DNA of 58,716 nucleotides from Candidatus Aphodosoma sp. (GTDB lineage Bacteria; Bacteroidota; Bacteroidia; Bacteroidales; Paludibacteraceae). The position numbers were made by a program, and so were the translations under genes. This document shows, one piece after another, positions 43,799 through 54,178 of the stretch. The DNA is taken from assembly GCA_045653825.1 (NCBI GenBank), contig JAZOMI010000049.1, positions 1-58,716 of the forward strand, given 5' to 3'. Every line of letters begins with the position of its first letter. Positions within the stretch are counted from its first letter, which is position 1. Under the pieces are notes generated by a model, which did not search any database, was not told where the DNA came from, and saw only the letters and a list, made by a program, of their open reading frames with translations.

Positions 43799-44278
43799 AT
43801 GAAAAAGATAAATTTATTATTAGTTGTTTTTAATCTGATGCTTATATTCTCTGCATGTGAAAAAGAGACATATATCAAGTATGATTATTATATTGAAAAT
43901 GCATCAAATAGTGAAATCTATTTATCGTATAACAATAAATATAACAATGATTCTATTCCTTTTTTTAAGTTAGAACAAAATGATTATGAGAGTTTCTATG
44001 CTTATTATATCATTGATGAAAATGAAGTACCGTCTATATTAGATAATATGGAATTTGAATTCACATTGAAACACAATGATAAGTTCTATACTATAACAAA
44101 AGAAAATATAGATGGACCTACTTGGGCTAGAAACTATAACAGAAATACAAATTTAGACTATGAAGGTTCTACAAATTTAGACTATGAAGGTTCTATAAAA
44201 AAATTACATTACAATTGTGAATCATATGTTTTCACTATAACAGATGAATTTATAGCAACTCTTACACCTAACCAATAA
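43799..44278 (+). CDS. lipoprotein, function unknown
   Basis: 159 aa with lipobox LIFSAC. Contains an exact 24-nt tandem duplication (TNLDYEGS x2). Confidence 0.6.
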   Translation: MKKINLLLVVFNLMLIFSACEKETYIKYDYYIENASNSEIYLSYNNKYNNDSIPFFKLEQNDYESFYAYYIIDENEVPSILDNMEFEFTLKHNDKFYTITKENIDGPTWARNYNRNTNLDYEGSTNLDYEGSIKKLHYNCESYVFTITDEFIATLTPNQ

Positions 44279-44382
44279 TAACCTAATAAGAAGAGGTGAA
44301 AAAAATAATTTATTGGTACCCGATAATTATAAAGTATTTTTTATATGTTTGCAATATGTTTAACTTTAAAATTAGTATTGTT

Positions 44383-45288
44383 ATGAAAAAGTCTATTCTA
44401 TTATTTTGCATTATAGCGATAGCTATGAATGTAATGGCATACCACCCAATCGTGGTTGATGGCTATAATTGGAATGTGGTTAATCGTCGAGCAAATCTCG
44501 ATGAAAATAATACTATTGTATATTCTACTGTAGTTGAAAAAATTGAAGGTGATTCAGTCGTAAATGGCATAACATATAAAAAACTTTGGCGCAGTACAAA
44601 CAAAGAAATGACCGAATACAATGTTATTGCTATTATACGCGAAGATATCGAAAATCAAAAAATATGGACTTGTATTGGCGAAAAAGAATATTTGATTTAT
44701 GATTTCGCTTGTAAAGTAGGTGATAAGGTAACTATTCTTAAATCGCTACAAAGCGCAGAAATCACCGCCGAAGAGGTTGAAATGACTATCAATGCTATTG
44801 AAGAATTTGAAGATTTTAATGGCGTAAAACTAAACAAATATATTGCAACAGTTGACAATAAAGAAACTGTTTATTATGAACGTTATGGTTCAGAAAATGG
44901 TTGGTATAGTCGTTCTTTCGATGGCATCAGTGGCGGTGGAATCAATTTCATGATTTGCGCTTTCGATGCAAACGGCGAATTGCAATTCAAACCTACATAC
45001 AATAATGAATTAGACGAAATAGCTGATTGTTATATAAACGAAACCAAAAGTGATATTGCTGACATCAATACATTGACACAAAACATCTATTACAACTCAC
45101 AAGAAAAGATGTTGTTTGTTGATATAGAAAACGCAGAAACTCTAATGGTTTATGACGCAATGGGCAAAATTGTTATGACAAAAGAAATCAATTCTACTAC
45201 TAAATCAATTCCTATTAACTTAAATACTGGCATCTACATCATAACAACCAACAACCAGAACATATATTCAAAAATATTCATTAAATAA
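44383..45288 (+). CDS. secreted protein with T9SS type A C-terminal sorting domain
   Basis: Start at MKKSILLFCIIAIAMNVMA (ATG 44383). The C-terminus LMVYDAMGKIVMTKEI...LNTGIYIITTNNQNIYSKIFIK is a typical Por/T9SS tail. Confidence 0.7.
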   Translation: MKKSILLFCIIAIAMNVMAYHPIVVDGYNWNVVNRRANLDENNTIVYSTVVEKIEGDSVVNGITYKKLWRSTNKEMTEYNVIAIIREDIENQKIWTCIGEKEYLIYDFACKVGDKVTILKSLQSAEITAEEVEMTINAIEEFEDFNGVKLNKYIATVDNKETVYYERYGSENGWYSRSFDGISGGGINFMICAFDANGELQFKPTYNNELDEIADCYINETKSDIADINTLTQNIYYNSQEKMLFVDIENAETLMVYDAMGKIVMTKEINSTTKSIPINLNTGIYIITTNNQNIYSKIFIK

Positions 45289-45303
45289 AAACTAAAAACA
45301 AAA

Positions 45304-45337
45304 GGCGGACACCCAAAACAAGGATGTCCGCCTTTTT
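45304..45337. terminator. bidirectional intrinsic terminator between convergent genes
   Basis: GGCGGACA (45304-45311) pairs with TGTCCGCC (45325-45332), with an A-run upstream and a T-run downstream. Confidence 0.75.
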
Positions 45338-45350
45338 ATTTTATATAACA

Positions 45351-46814
45351 TTAATTTCTTACCCTTTCAATTCGCATTGTATCAAGTTTCAGAAACAAAA
45401 ACAATAATATCGTAAAACTCAAAAAAGATGATCCTCCATAACTAAAAAATGGCAATGGAATACCAATCACAGGCACAAGCCCTATCACCATACCTACATT
45501 GATAAAAAGGTGAAATGCAAATATTCCTACAACTCCATATCCATACACTCGTGTGAAACGATTATCCTGACGTTCTGCAATATACAACAATCTATATAAA
45601 AACAATAAATAGACAATCAATACACCCGCACTACCCACAAATCCCCACTCCTCACCTACAGTACAAAAAATAAAATCTGTATGTTGCTCTGGTACATATT
45701 TCAATTTGGTTTGTGTTCCTTGCATAAATCCTTTACCCCAAAATCCACCCGAGCCAATAGCTATACGCGCCTGATTGGTATTATAACCAATACCTGTTGG
45801 GTCATCAGTCAATCCAAGTAAAAGTTGAATACGCTTTTGTTGATGTGTTTGCAACACATCATTAAATATATATTCTGATGAATAACAATAGCCTAAAGTC
45901 CCCAACAAAAATATAGCAATAAACAAATATGTACGACGCCACTTAATATATGCCAATACAAACAAATAAATCGCAGCACAAAGCGTAACTGCCAACATAA
46001 CATATACTAAATTATAACGCACAACCCATTTAAATAAAACCAAAGCTAAAACAAAAACACCCATAGGCACAAACGAAAGTATGAGCAAATGCTTTTTTTC
46101 AAATTGATATACCCTAATAAATATCAACATTATAACATACGAAATCAATAACCCTAAAAACAATCCCGTTGAAGCCCCTTCTACACCTAAAAATGGCACT
46201 ACGCTAAATCGCAAAACTACAATAAACAATAGTACAGCACAAAATCCTAAAGCAGGTATCAATCCTGGCAATCCCTCTCGATAAAGTAAAAAAATAAACG
46301 ATAAAAAAACCAAAGCTGATCCCGTTTCGCTCTGTGCCACAATAATAAACATAGGCAACAATATAAGCGAACAAACAATAGCATAATTTTTTGATGATTT
46401 CAATCGAAATTGAGGATGACTCATTACTTTGGCAAGAGCCAATGCAGTTATAAATTTCGAAAATTCAGCAGGCTGAATACTAAGAGGACCTAAAGGCAAC
46501 CACGAACGTGAACCCTTGATATCTTTGGCTACAATAAGGGTTACTATCAATAATATCAATATCAAACCATACAACAAATATGGCAGTGACATTATCAATC
46601 TACTATCGGTAAATAATATAATCAGCGCCATCACCAAACTAATACACATCCACACAAATTGCATCCCCGAACTACCATTCATGTCAAATATCGACATCTG
46701 ATATTCTGCAACACTAGCACCATATATATTTATCCAACCAAACACCACTAAGACGATATAAAAAAATACCGCCCATTTATCTAACGCTTGTATTACATTG
46801 AAATTTCTTGACAT
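45351..46814 (-). CDS. rodA: rod shape-determining protein RodA (SEDS family)
   Basis: 487 aa polytopic membrane protein with FtsW/RodA motifs (GSRSWLPLGPLSIQPAEFSK, TDFIF). Lies downstream of mrdA. Confidence 0.85.
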   Translation of the reverse strand: MSRNFNVIQALDKWAVFFYIVLVVFGWINIYGASVAEYQMSIFDMNGSSGMQFVWMCISLVMALIILFTDSRLIMSLPYLLYGLILILLIVTLIVAKDIKGSRSWLPLGPLSIQPAEFSKFITALALAKVMSHPQFRLKSSKNYAIVCSLILLPMFIIVAQSETGSALVFLSFIFLLYREGLPGLIPALGFCAVLLFIVVLRFSVVPFLGVEGASTGLFLGLLISYVIMLIFIRVYQFEKKHLLILSFVPMGVFVLALVLFKWVVRYNLVYVMLAVTLCAAIYLFVLAYIKWRRTYLFIAIFLLGTLGYCYSSEYIFNDVLQTHQQKRIQLLLGLTDDPTGIGYNTNQARIAIGSGGFWGKGFMQGTQTKLKYVPEQHTDFIFCTVGEEWGFVGSAGVLIVYLLFLYRLLYIAERQDNRFTRVYGYGVVGIFAFHLFINVGMVIGLVPVIGIPLPFFSYGGSSFLSFTILLFLFLKLDTMRIERVRN

Positions 46815-46989
46815 AATAAATAAAATTGAAAGTTGAAAGTTGAGAATTGAGAATTGAGAATTGAGAATTGAGAACCGAAGGTCTTTGAGCCTTTGGCGAT
46901 AAAATTGAAAATTGATAATTGAAAATTGATAATAAAATATTTAATTTCTAACTCCTAACTCCTAACTCCTAACTCCTAACTCCTCACTC
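46815..46989. repeat. composite intergenic unit: heptamer-word arrays flanking a hairpin word
   Basis: TGAAAGT and GAGAATT words, then GAACCGAAGGTCTTTGAGCCTTTGGCGATAAAATT, then TGAAAAT/TGATAAT words, then 5 x CTCCTAA words. Confidence 0.9.
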
Positions 46990-48867
46990 CTAATTCCTCA
47001 TTCCTAACTCCTCATTCCACATTTTAACATTAGGATTCAACACCATTGTTCTCATTCTATCGAATAACGCCTCCTGCTTTATCTCGCCATAAAGATACTG
47101 TTCAAGACAGAGCATAGCAATAGGACAAGCAAATTGCGCTCCAAAACCAGCATTTTCAATTACCACTGCAATAGCTATCTGCGGATTCTCTCGCGGAGCA
47201 TACCCGAAAAATATTGAGTGTGGTTTGCCTTGACTATTATCTGTAGTACCTGTTTTGCCACACACAACCAATTCTGAGAACTTATAAAAATGCGGAGTAC
47301 CATACTCACACACTCGCCACATACCTTCTTGCACTACATCATAATGTTTCTGACTAACATTTGCTTCATGTCGATGAGTCAAAAAAGTATCACATTTATT
47401 CAAATGCGGAGTTATATAATAACCTTCATTGGCAATAACAGCCGCAGCATTAGCAAGTTGAATTGGTGTTACCAACACCTCACCTTGTCCAATCGAGTTA
47501 GAACGAATAGTGAGAGCCTTCCACCCTCGCTCTCCATAAATTTTATTATACGTTTCTTCTCTATATATAGCCCCATCTTTCAACCCATACACATCTGAAT
47601 CTTCCCACTTAAAACCCAATCCAAAACTTAAAATATCTTCACGCCAACGAGTATAATTCTTTTTAAAATTAGCATTTCGCTCACCATAACCGTCTCGTTC
47701 AAGCGTCTCTTTATAAGCTAACCAAAAATATGGATTACAACTCTCTTGTATTGCCTCTTCAAGCCCTACTGGTGAACCATGATTGTGAGTACACTTTATT
47801 GGTTTAGAAAGCGGTCCGTTACAAGGAAATTTTGTGTAACGCGTAATCCCACCATGCTCCAAACAAACCAAGGCTTGTAAGGTTTTAAATGTCGAACCTG
47901 GCGAATACAACCCTCCTGTCGCACGATTGAGAAATGGTTTTGTCGCATCTTTCTGCAATATCGGATAATACTCCGAACGCAAACGTCCAACCAACAACGA
48001 TGGATTCCAGGTAGGATTAGATGCCATAGCCAAAATCTCTCCCGTCGATGGCTCTATTGCCACTATACTACCTATCTTTCCTTCCAACAACTTCTCGGCT
48101 ATCATCTGCAACTCTACATCTAACGTCGTTGTTATATTCTCACCTGCAACAGGCATTTTATCCAACTCGCCATCTTTATATTTTCCCTGAATACGACCCC
48201 GCGAATCGCGCAAAAGTATCTCTACTCCATTCACTCCCCTCAACTCTTTCTCGTAAGTCAACTCCAACCCTTCCGAACCAGCATAATCACCAGGACGATA
48301 ATAATCATCTCGCTCTATTTGTCGCTTACTCACCTCTCCAATCGAACCTAAAACATGTGCACCACAAGGATAATTATAATTACGCAATGTACGATTTTGA
48401 ACCGTAAAACCTGGAAATTTACGCAAATGCTCTTGAAGCATTGCATAATCCTCAGGCGACAATTGCGTCATAAATCTTTGTGGAGTCAATTGCGAATATC
48501 CATAATTCTTACGTCGATCTTTGATATATGCCATTCGATCACAAAATTGATCATACGTAATACCCAACAATCCACACAACTCTAATGTATCTATCGGAGT
48601 ACCTGCTTTTTTCTGATCTCGCAACTCCTTCATCGTTACCATCAAATCATACGTTGGCTGATTATATACCAACAACTTTCCATTACGGTCATAAATCAAT
48701 CCACGAGGCGCATAAAGTGTCTTTTGATAAAATGCATTTCCCTCTGCCGCATCAGTATAATTACCAAACAACTGCAATTGTGCCAACCTACCTATGAATA
48801 AAACCACAAATAGTGCTAACACAACAGAAATTATAATACTTCTATCTTTATATTTATCGTCTAACAT
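46990..48867 (-). CDS. mrdA: penicillin-binding protein 2
   Basis: 625 aa with an N-terminal TM helix and transpeptidase motifs (STFK, SNS, KTGT). Lies in the mreBCD-mrdA-rodA cluster. Confidence 0.9.
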   Translation of the reverse strand: MLDDKYKDRSIIISVVLALFVVLFIGRLAQLQLFGNYTDAAEGNAFYQKTLYAPRGLIYDRNGKLLVYNQPTYDLMVTMKELRDQKKAGTPIDTLELCGLLGITYDQFCDRMAYIKDRRKNYGYSQLTPQRFMTQLSPEDYAMLQEHLRKFPGFTVQNRTLRNYNYPCGAHVLGSIGEVSKRQIERDDYYRPGDYAGSEGLELTYEKELRGVNGVEILLRDSRGRIQGKYKDGELDKMPVAGENITTTLDVELQMIAEKLLEGKIGSIVAIEPSTGEILAMASNPTWNPSLLVGRLRSEYYPILQKDATKPFLNRATGGLYSPGSTFKTLQALVCLEHGGITRYTKFPCNGPLSKPIKCTHNHGSPVGLEEAIQESCNPYFWLAYKETLERDGYGERNANFKKNYTRWREDILSFGLGFKWEDSDVYGLKDGAIYREETYNKIYGERGWKALTIRSNSIGQGEVLVTPIQLANAAAVIANEGYYITPHLNKCDTFLTHRHEANVSQKHYDVVQEGMWRVCEYGTPHFYKFSELVVCGKTGTTDNSQGKPHSIFFGYAPRENPQIAIAVVIENAGFGAQFACPIAMLCLEQYLYGEIKQEALFDRMRTMVLNPNVKMWNEELGMRN

Positions 48868-48943
48868 TTAAATTGAAAGTTGAAAGTTTTCCTTATTCCC
48901 CTGCGGACGCTCAAGCCAAGCGTCCCTACTTGATCCTTACTCC

Positions 48944-49435
48944 CTATTTTCTTACTTTTTCGAGCACAAACACCAACAAAATTGTTATCAATGAACTAAC
49001 CAAGGTTTTGAGAAGAATAATACCAAAATATTGAAAAGAAAAAGCTTCTAATAAAAACAAAGACAGATGATGAATAAACACCATTAACACAATATATTTC
49101 ACATAATTTCCACCCATTGTACGAAAACGAGGCATCACCTTATCCAATTCCTCTTGAGTCGAAACTATACTAAATATATATGGCCGCAAAAAAGCAATCA
49201 AAGTTGTTGCCATCGCATGAATACCCCATGTATTAGAAAAAGCATCTATAACTAAACCGAGGGAAAAACCTATAAAAATCAACGAAATACGATTTGTATG
49301 TATTGGTAATGTAATTATGAGATAAACATACAAAAAAGGATTAATAACACCAGCTATCTCTATATTGTTAAACAACAAAACTTGCAACAACACCAATCCA
49401 ATAAACCATGACAAAAATTCTATCGCATTTTTCAT
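48944..49435 (-). CDS. mreD: rod shape-determining protein MreD
   Basis: 163 aa polytopic membrane protein immediately downstream of mreC, with a 4-nt overlap. Confidence 0.75.
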   Translation of the reverse strand: MKNAIEFLSWFIGLVLLQVLLFNNIEIAGVINPFLYVYLIITLPIHTNRISLIFIGFSLGLVIDAFSNTWGIHAMATTLIAFLRPYIFSIVSTQEELDKVMPRFRTMGGNYVKYIVLMVFIHHLSLFLLEAFSFQYFGIILLKTLVSSLITILLVFVLEKVRK

Positions 49436-50283
49436 TTTTCTAACGATTTTTGAAGATTCAACAACTCATTCTGATTTTCAAAAGCAAACACTGTCACATA
49501 CGTCAACGACTGAAAATCAACAGCTAGAGCAATATCTATATCACAATACATCGTATTTTCTACAATCGTAGCCTTATCAACAACACCTATCATCATACCT
49601 TCAGGAAATATTGCAGAAAAACCACTTGTCACAATCGTATCGCCAGCCACAACATTTACATGATTTGGTATTTCATATAATTTAGCTTTCAACGGACTCT
49701 TTCCATTCCATTTTACAGAACCTAACTGATTATTACCCTTTATCTTTGCACTTATCACCTGCTCTGGATTTATAATTGGCAACACTACAGAATAATTTTC
49801 ACTCACTCGTTGCACAACTCCCACAACACCCTGCGGAGCAAATACCCCCATATCCTCTTCCACTCCTTGCGCACTTCCCTTGTCGATAATTATATAGTTC
49901 TGCATATCATACACACTATTATAAACCACCTTCGCCGACAAATAATTATCACCACACTGCACCTCAACACTATCTACAATCTCTAATCTGTTATCTGTAA
50001 TCTGTAATCTGTTATCTGTAATCTGTAATCTATAATTCGCTATCTCTTTGTACAATCGAGCATTCTCCTCTGCTAAATACTTATTCGCCTCTGCCAATCC
50101 AAAATAATCTGTTACCGAATTAGTAATTCCATACACCCATGCCGTCAAAGTTGTCGCATAACGAAATGCCACCGAACGTTGCAAATCATTTTTATTCACG
50201 ACAAGCCCAAGTGCCAACATCTCCAACACCACGAAGATAATGACAGCCAAATATTTATAAAAAAACTCTAATATTTTATTCAT
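49432..50283 (-). CDS. mreC: rod shape-determining protein MreC
   Basis: Start taken at MNKILEFFYKY (50283). TM helix, coiled coil, and a conserved C-terminal core (GDTIVTSGFSAIFPEGMMIGVV). Confidence 0.85.
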   Translation of the reverse strand: MNKILEFFYKYLAVIIFVVLEMLALGLVVNKNDLQRSVAFRYATTLTAWVYGITNSVTDYFGLAEANKYLAEENARLYKEIANYRLQITDNRLQITDNRLEIVDSVEVQCGDNYLSAKVVYNSVYDMQNYIIIDKGSAQGVEEDMGVFAPQGVVGVVQRVSENYSVVLPIINPEQVISAKIKGNNQLGSVKWNGKSPLKAKLYEIPNHVNVVAGDTIVTSGFSAIFPEGMMIGVVDKATIVENTMYCDIDIALAVDFQSLTYVTVFAFENQNELLNLQKSLEK

Positions 50284-50420
50284 CCTTCTATCCCCAAAAA
50301 AAGACAAAATAACACAATAACATAAATTATTTCCGCCCATTAAGCCTACAAAGCCTATTAAACCTCGATAATAAAAGTTATGTTATTCTGTTATTCTGCC
50401 TTCAAAAAACATATTATTTC

Positions 50421-51443
50421 TTATCTCAATAAGAAACGGAATCTATCTACATTCTTCAATGCAATTCCAGTACCACGAGCTACCGCACGCAATGGGTCTT
50501 CTGCTACATGGAATTGTATTTGAATCTTATCTGTCAAACGTTTTGCCAATCCTCTCAACAACGCACCACCACCAGCAAGATAAATACCTTTATCAATCAA
50601 ATCAGCATACAACTCTGGTGGAGTCTCTCCCAAAGCAGCAAGAATAGCTGTCTCGATCTTCGAAATTGTCTTATCCAAGCAATGCGCAATCTCTTGATAT
50701 GATACTGGCACCTCCATAGGCAAACCAGTAACTCGGTTCGGACCACGAACAATCATATCTTGTGGTGCCTCATCACCCAAATCTATCAATGCCGAACCTA
50801 CCTGTTTCTTGATGCGCTCTGCCATCACCTCACTGACACGAATATTATGTTGCTTAAACATATAATCGATAATATCTTGTGTGAAAGCATCACCTGCTAC
50901 ACGAAGTGATTTATCTGTTACGATACCACCAAGCGAAATAACCGCAATCTCAGTAGTACCACCACCTATATCGACCACCATGTTACCTTCTGGTGCTTCA
51001 ACATCAAGTCCTATACCCAATGCAGCTGCCATAGGCTCAAAAATCATATACACATCACGCCCTCCTGCATGCTCTGCCGAGTCACGCACCGCACGAATCT
51101 CAACCTCAGTACTTCCCGAAGGAATACCAATCACCATACGCAACGATGGCGAAAACAAATGATTCTTATTCGGAATCATCTTTATCAAACCACGAATCAA
51201 CAATTCCGCAGCATGGAAGTCGGCAATCACACCATCACGCAAAGGCCGAACGGTATAAATATTTGGATTCTCTTTACCTCGCATTTGCGCAGCTACAGCT
51301 CCAATCGCCTCCAATTTCTCCGAACGTCTATCCAACGCAACAACCGATGGCTGATCCACTACAATCTTGTCATTATGAATAATGACCGTATTCGCAGTAC
51401 CCAAGTCCATCGCTATCTCTTGTGTCAACGAAAAAATACCCAT
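50421..51443 (-). CDS. mreB: rod shape-determining protein MreB
   Basis: Start taken at MGIFSLTQEIAMDLGTANT (51443). Actin-like ATPase motifs are present throughout. Confidence 0.93.
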   Translation of the reverse strand: MGIFSLTQEIAMDLGTANTVIIHNDKIVVDQPSVVALDRRSEKLEAIGAVAAQMRGKENPNIYTVRPLRDGVIADFHAAELLIRGLIKMIPNKNHLFSPSLRMVIGIPSGSTEVEIRAVRDSAEHAGGRDVYMIFEPMAAALGIGLDVEAPEGNMVVDIGGGTTEIAVISLGGIVTDKSLRVAGDAFTQDIIDYMFKQHNIRVSEVMAERIKKQVGSALIDLGDEAPQDMIVRGPNRVTGLPMEVPVSYQEIAHCLDKTISKIETAILAALGETPPELYADLIDKGIYLAGGGALLRGLAKRLTDKIQIQFHVAEDPLRAVARGTGIALKNVDRFRFLLR

Positions 51444-51562
51444 TTTTTTTAATTTATAATTAGTAATTAGCAATCAGTAATGAAAGTCATAATTATCAAC
51501 AAGCAAATTAGCATCTAAGACGTTAATAACTAATAACTAATCATTAATCATTATTTCAGTTG

Positions 51563-51570
51563 CAAAGTTA
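51563..51570 (-). promoter_or_regulatory. -7 promoter box for the mreBCD-mrdA-rodA operon
   Basis: Revcomp of CAAAGTTA is TAACTTTG, ~120 nt upstream of the mreB start. Confidence 0.55.
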
Positions 51571-51604
51571 CAAAAAATAGCCCAAATAACCAATTATTTA
51601 CACC

Positions 51605-53104
51605 CTATTTTTTACACATTTTTTTCAACAATGGTATCTCACTCAAAGGCAAATCTTTTCGCACCAAATAAACCAAAAACACCACCAACAACACCGTTCT
51701 ATAACCCATTCTCAACCAGAAATTTGGTATCTTCACCACCTCGCCTGCAATCCACAATCCCGCTGACAACAAGCAATAAACCCCTATGCTCTTCAGAGGA
51801 TAACTGATAGCATAGTATCGCTGACCTATAAAATAACTCAACAACATCATCACCACATAACTCACCAACGACGCACCTGCACTCGCCCAATAACTATATT
51901 TCGGCACAAACACTACATTGATAATCAACGTAATCACAAATCCCACAATCGAAAACCATGCTCCATACATCGTCTTATCTATCAATTTATACCACAACGA
52001 CAAGTTATAAACCACCCCCTGCACCAAATAGGTAATCAACACTATCGGTATTATCTCCAACCCTTCACGATACTGAGGTCCAAGCACATACTGAAACACA
52101 TCCATATAAAACACCATACCCAAAAATATCAACAACGCCGCAATTATATAGTATTTCATCGCATCGGCATAACTCTCTTTACTGTCCCTACTGCCATGTT
52201 TTGCAAACACAAATGGCTCATACGCAAACCTAAACGCATACGTAAACATCATCATAATCATCGCTATCTTAAAGCTCGCCCCATATATCCCCAACTGACG
52301 CATACCCTCCTCTGCATCAGGATATACCATCGGAAATATAATCTTATCAACCGTCTGATTCATAATCCCCGCAATACCCAAAAGCAACAACGGCAAACTA
52401 TATTTCAACATCCTTTTTAATAAATCCCAATCAAAAGTCCATCGTCCCACAAACACAAATGGCAACAATGCCAAAGTAACCGACACTGTCGAAATCACAT
52501 TCGATACAAAAATATACCCCACACCATACGACGGATTATAGAACCAATCTATCAACTCTGGCCTCCAATCCATTATCAACGGACATCCCACCAAAAAGAA
52601 CAAGTTGCACGCAATATTCATGAATATCATAAACAACTTCAATGCCGCAAACGTCAAAGGTCTATTCTTATATCGCAAATAACTGAACGGAATACTATCA
52701 AACGCATCCATCGCCACTGCCACACCAAGCATAGCAATAAACTCAGGATGAGCACTATACCCCATTGCATCCGCCACATTCTGCTGAAACAACAAACACA
52801 ACACCGCAAACACCGTAGATGTAACTGCTAACGATGTCAACGTAGTGCTATACACCCTATTAGTTCGCTTCTCATCATCTGGATTATTATTCACAAAACG
52901 GAAAAAACCCGTCTCCATTCCGTATGTCAAAATAATAATCACAAGTGCTGTCCAAGCATACAAATTCGTTACAATCCCATACTCCGACGCATCTGCCAAC
53001 ACATAACTATACAATGGCACTAAGCACCAATTCAAAAACTTACCCACGATACTACTCAACCCATATATCGCAGTCTCTTTTGCCAACTGTTTCAATCCAG
53101 CCAT
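51605..53104 (-). CDS. MOP-superfamily oligosaccharide/polysaccharide flippase
   Basis: 499 aa with about 12-14 TM helices. The N-terminus KETAIYGLSSIVGKFLNWCLVPLY is typical of Wzx/MurJ-like proteins. Confidence 0.65.
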   Translation of the reverse strand: MAGLKQLAKETAIYGLSSIVGKFLNWCLVPLYSYVLADASEYGIVTNLYAWTALVIIILTYGMETGFFRFVNNNPDDEKRTNRVYSTTLTSLAVTSTVFAVLCLLFQQNVADAMGYSAHPEFIAMLGVAVAMDAFDSIPFSYLRYKNRPLTFAALKLFMIFMNIACNLFFLVGCPLIMDWRPELIDWFYNPSYGVGYIFVSNVISTVSVTLALLPFVFVGRWTFDWDLLKRMLKYSLPLLLLGIAGIMNQTVDKIIFPMVYPDAEEGMRQLGIYGASFKIAMIMMMFTYAFRFAYEPFVFAKHGSRDSKESYADAMKYYIIAALLIFLGMVFYMDVFQYVLGPQYREGLEIIPIVLITYLVQGVVYNLSLWYKLIDKTMYGAWFSIVGFVITLIINVVFVPKYSYWASAGASLVSYVVMMLLSYFIGQRYYAISYPLKSIGVYCLLSAGLWIAGEVVKIPNFWLRMGYRTVLLVVFLVYLVRKDLPLSEIPLLKKMCKK

Positions 53105-53126
53105 TTCTTCAATGCATTGTGAATTT

Positions 53127-54143
53127 TTAAAATAATGTTTGTTCTAAATCTGTTCGTGTACGCCCAAGATGCTTATATGCCAAGTCCGTCACCTCACGTC
53201 CTCGAGGAGTCCTTTTTATGAAACCCTCTTTAATCAAAAATGGCTCATACACCTCCTCAATCGTACCCGCATCCTCGCTCATCGCTGTCGCTATCGTAGT
53301 CAAACCCACAGGACCACCCTTGAATTTATCAATCATCGTCAACAATATCTTATTGTCGATTTCATCCAAACCATAGCGGTCGATATTCAACGCTTCAAGC
53401 GCATAACAAGCAATCGTGCGGTCAATTCTACCGCTACCCTTCACTTGCGCAAAGTCACGCACACGACGCAACAAAGCATTCGCTATACGAGGCGTCCCCC
53501 TACTCCTACGCGCAATCTCCACTGCTGCCTCTCTCACAATAGGCACCTGCATAATCGCCGCCGAACGATTGATAATATTCACCAACACCTCGTCATCGTA
53601 ATACTCAAAGTGGCAATTTATACCAAAACGCGCCCTCAACGGAGCAGTCAAAAGTCCACTACGCGTAGTAGCCCCAATCAACGTAAAAGGCTCTAAATCA
53701 ATCTGTACCGACCTTGCCGAAGGACCCTTATCAATCATAATATCAATACGATAGTCCTCCATTGCCGAATACAAATACTCCTCTACCACAGGGCTTAAAC
53801 GATGAATTTCGTCAATAAACAACACATCGTTTCTCTCCAACGACGTCAACAAACCAGCCAAATCACCTGGTTTATCAAGCACAGGACCCGAAGTCAACTT
53901 AAAGCCAACTCCCAATTCATTTGCAATAATATTGCTCAACGTAGTCTTACCAAGTCCCGGAGGTCCATGAAGTAAAGTGTGGTCAAGACTCTCGCCACGC
54001 ATACGCGCCGCCTGAACAAAGATGCTAAGATTCTCAACCACTTTGTCTTGTCCCGCAAAATCGTCAAACGACAACGGACGCAACGCCTTATCCAAATCAC
54101 CCTCAGCCTCTCGCTTCGGATTATGTATATCAAAATTATTCAT
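53127..54143 (-). CDS. ruvB: Holliday junction branch migration helicase RuvB
   Basis: 338 aa with [12 protein letters not shown], Walker [10 protein letters not shown] and LFIDEIHRL. Confidence 0.95.
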   Translation of the reverse strand: MNNFDIHNPKREAEGDLDKALRPLSFDDFAGQDKVVENLSIFVQAARMRGESLDHTLLHGPPGLGKTTLSNIIANELGVGFKLTSGPVLDKPGDLAGLLTSLERNDVLFIDEIHRLSPVVEEYLYSAMEDYRIDIMIDKGPSARSVQIDLEPFTLIGATTRSGLLTAPLRARFGINCHFEYYDDEVLVNIINRSAAIMQVPIVREAAVEIARRSRGTPRIANALLRRVRDFAQVKGSGRIDRTIACYALEALNIDRYGLDEIDNKILLTMIDKFKGGPVGLTTIATAMSEDAGTIEEVYEPFLIKEGFIKRTPRGREVTDLAYKHLGRTRTDLEQTLF

Positions 54144-54178
54144 AATTCATAATTAAAACAATTCCTCATTCCTAATTC

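Noticed and set aside
44149-44196. Exact 24-nt tandem duplication (TNLDYEGS x2) in the lipoprotein gene 43799..44278.
   Set aside because: It is real but looks like an ordinary slippage duplication in an AT-rich surface-protein gene, so it was not pursued as a system.
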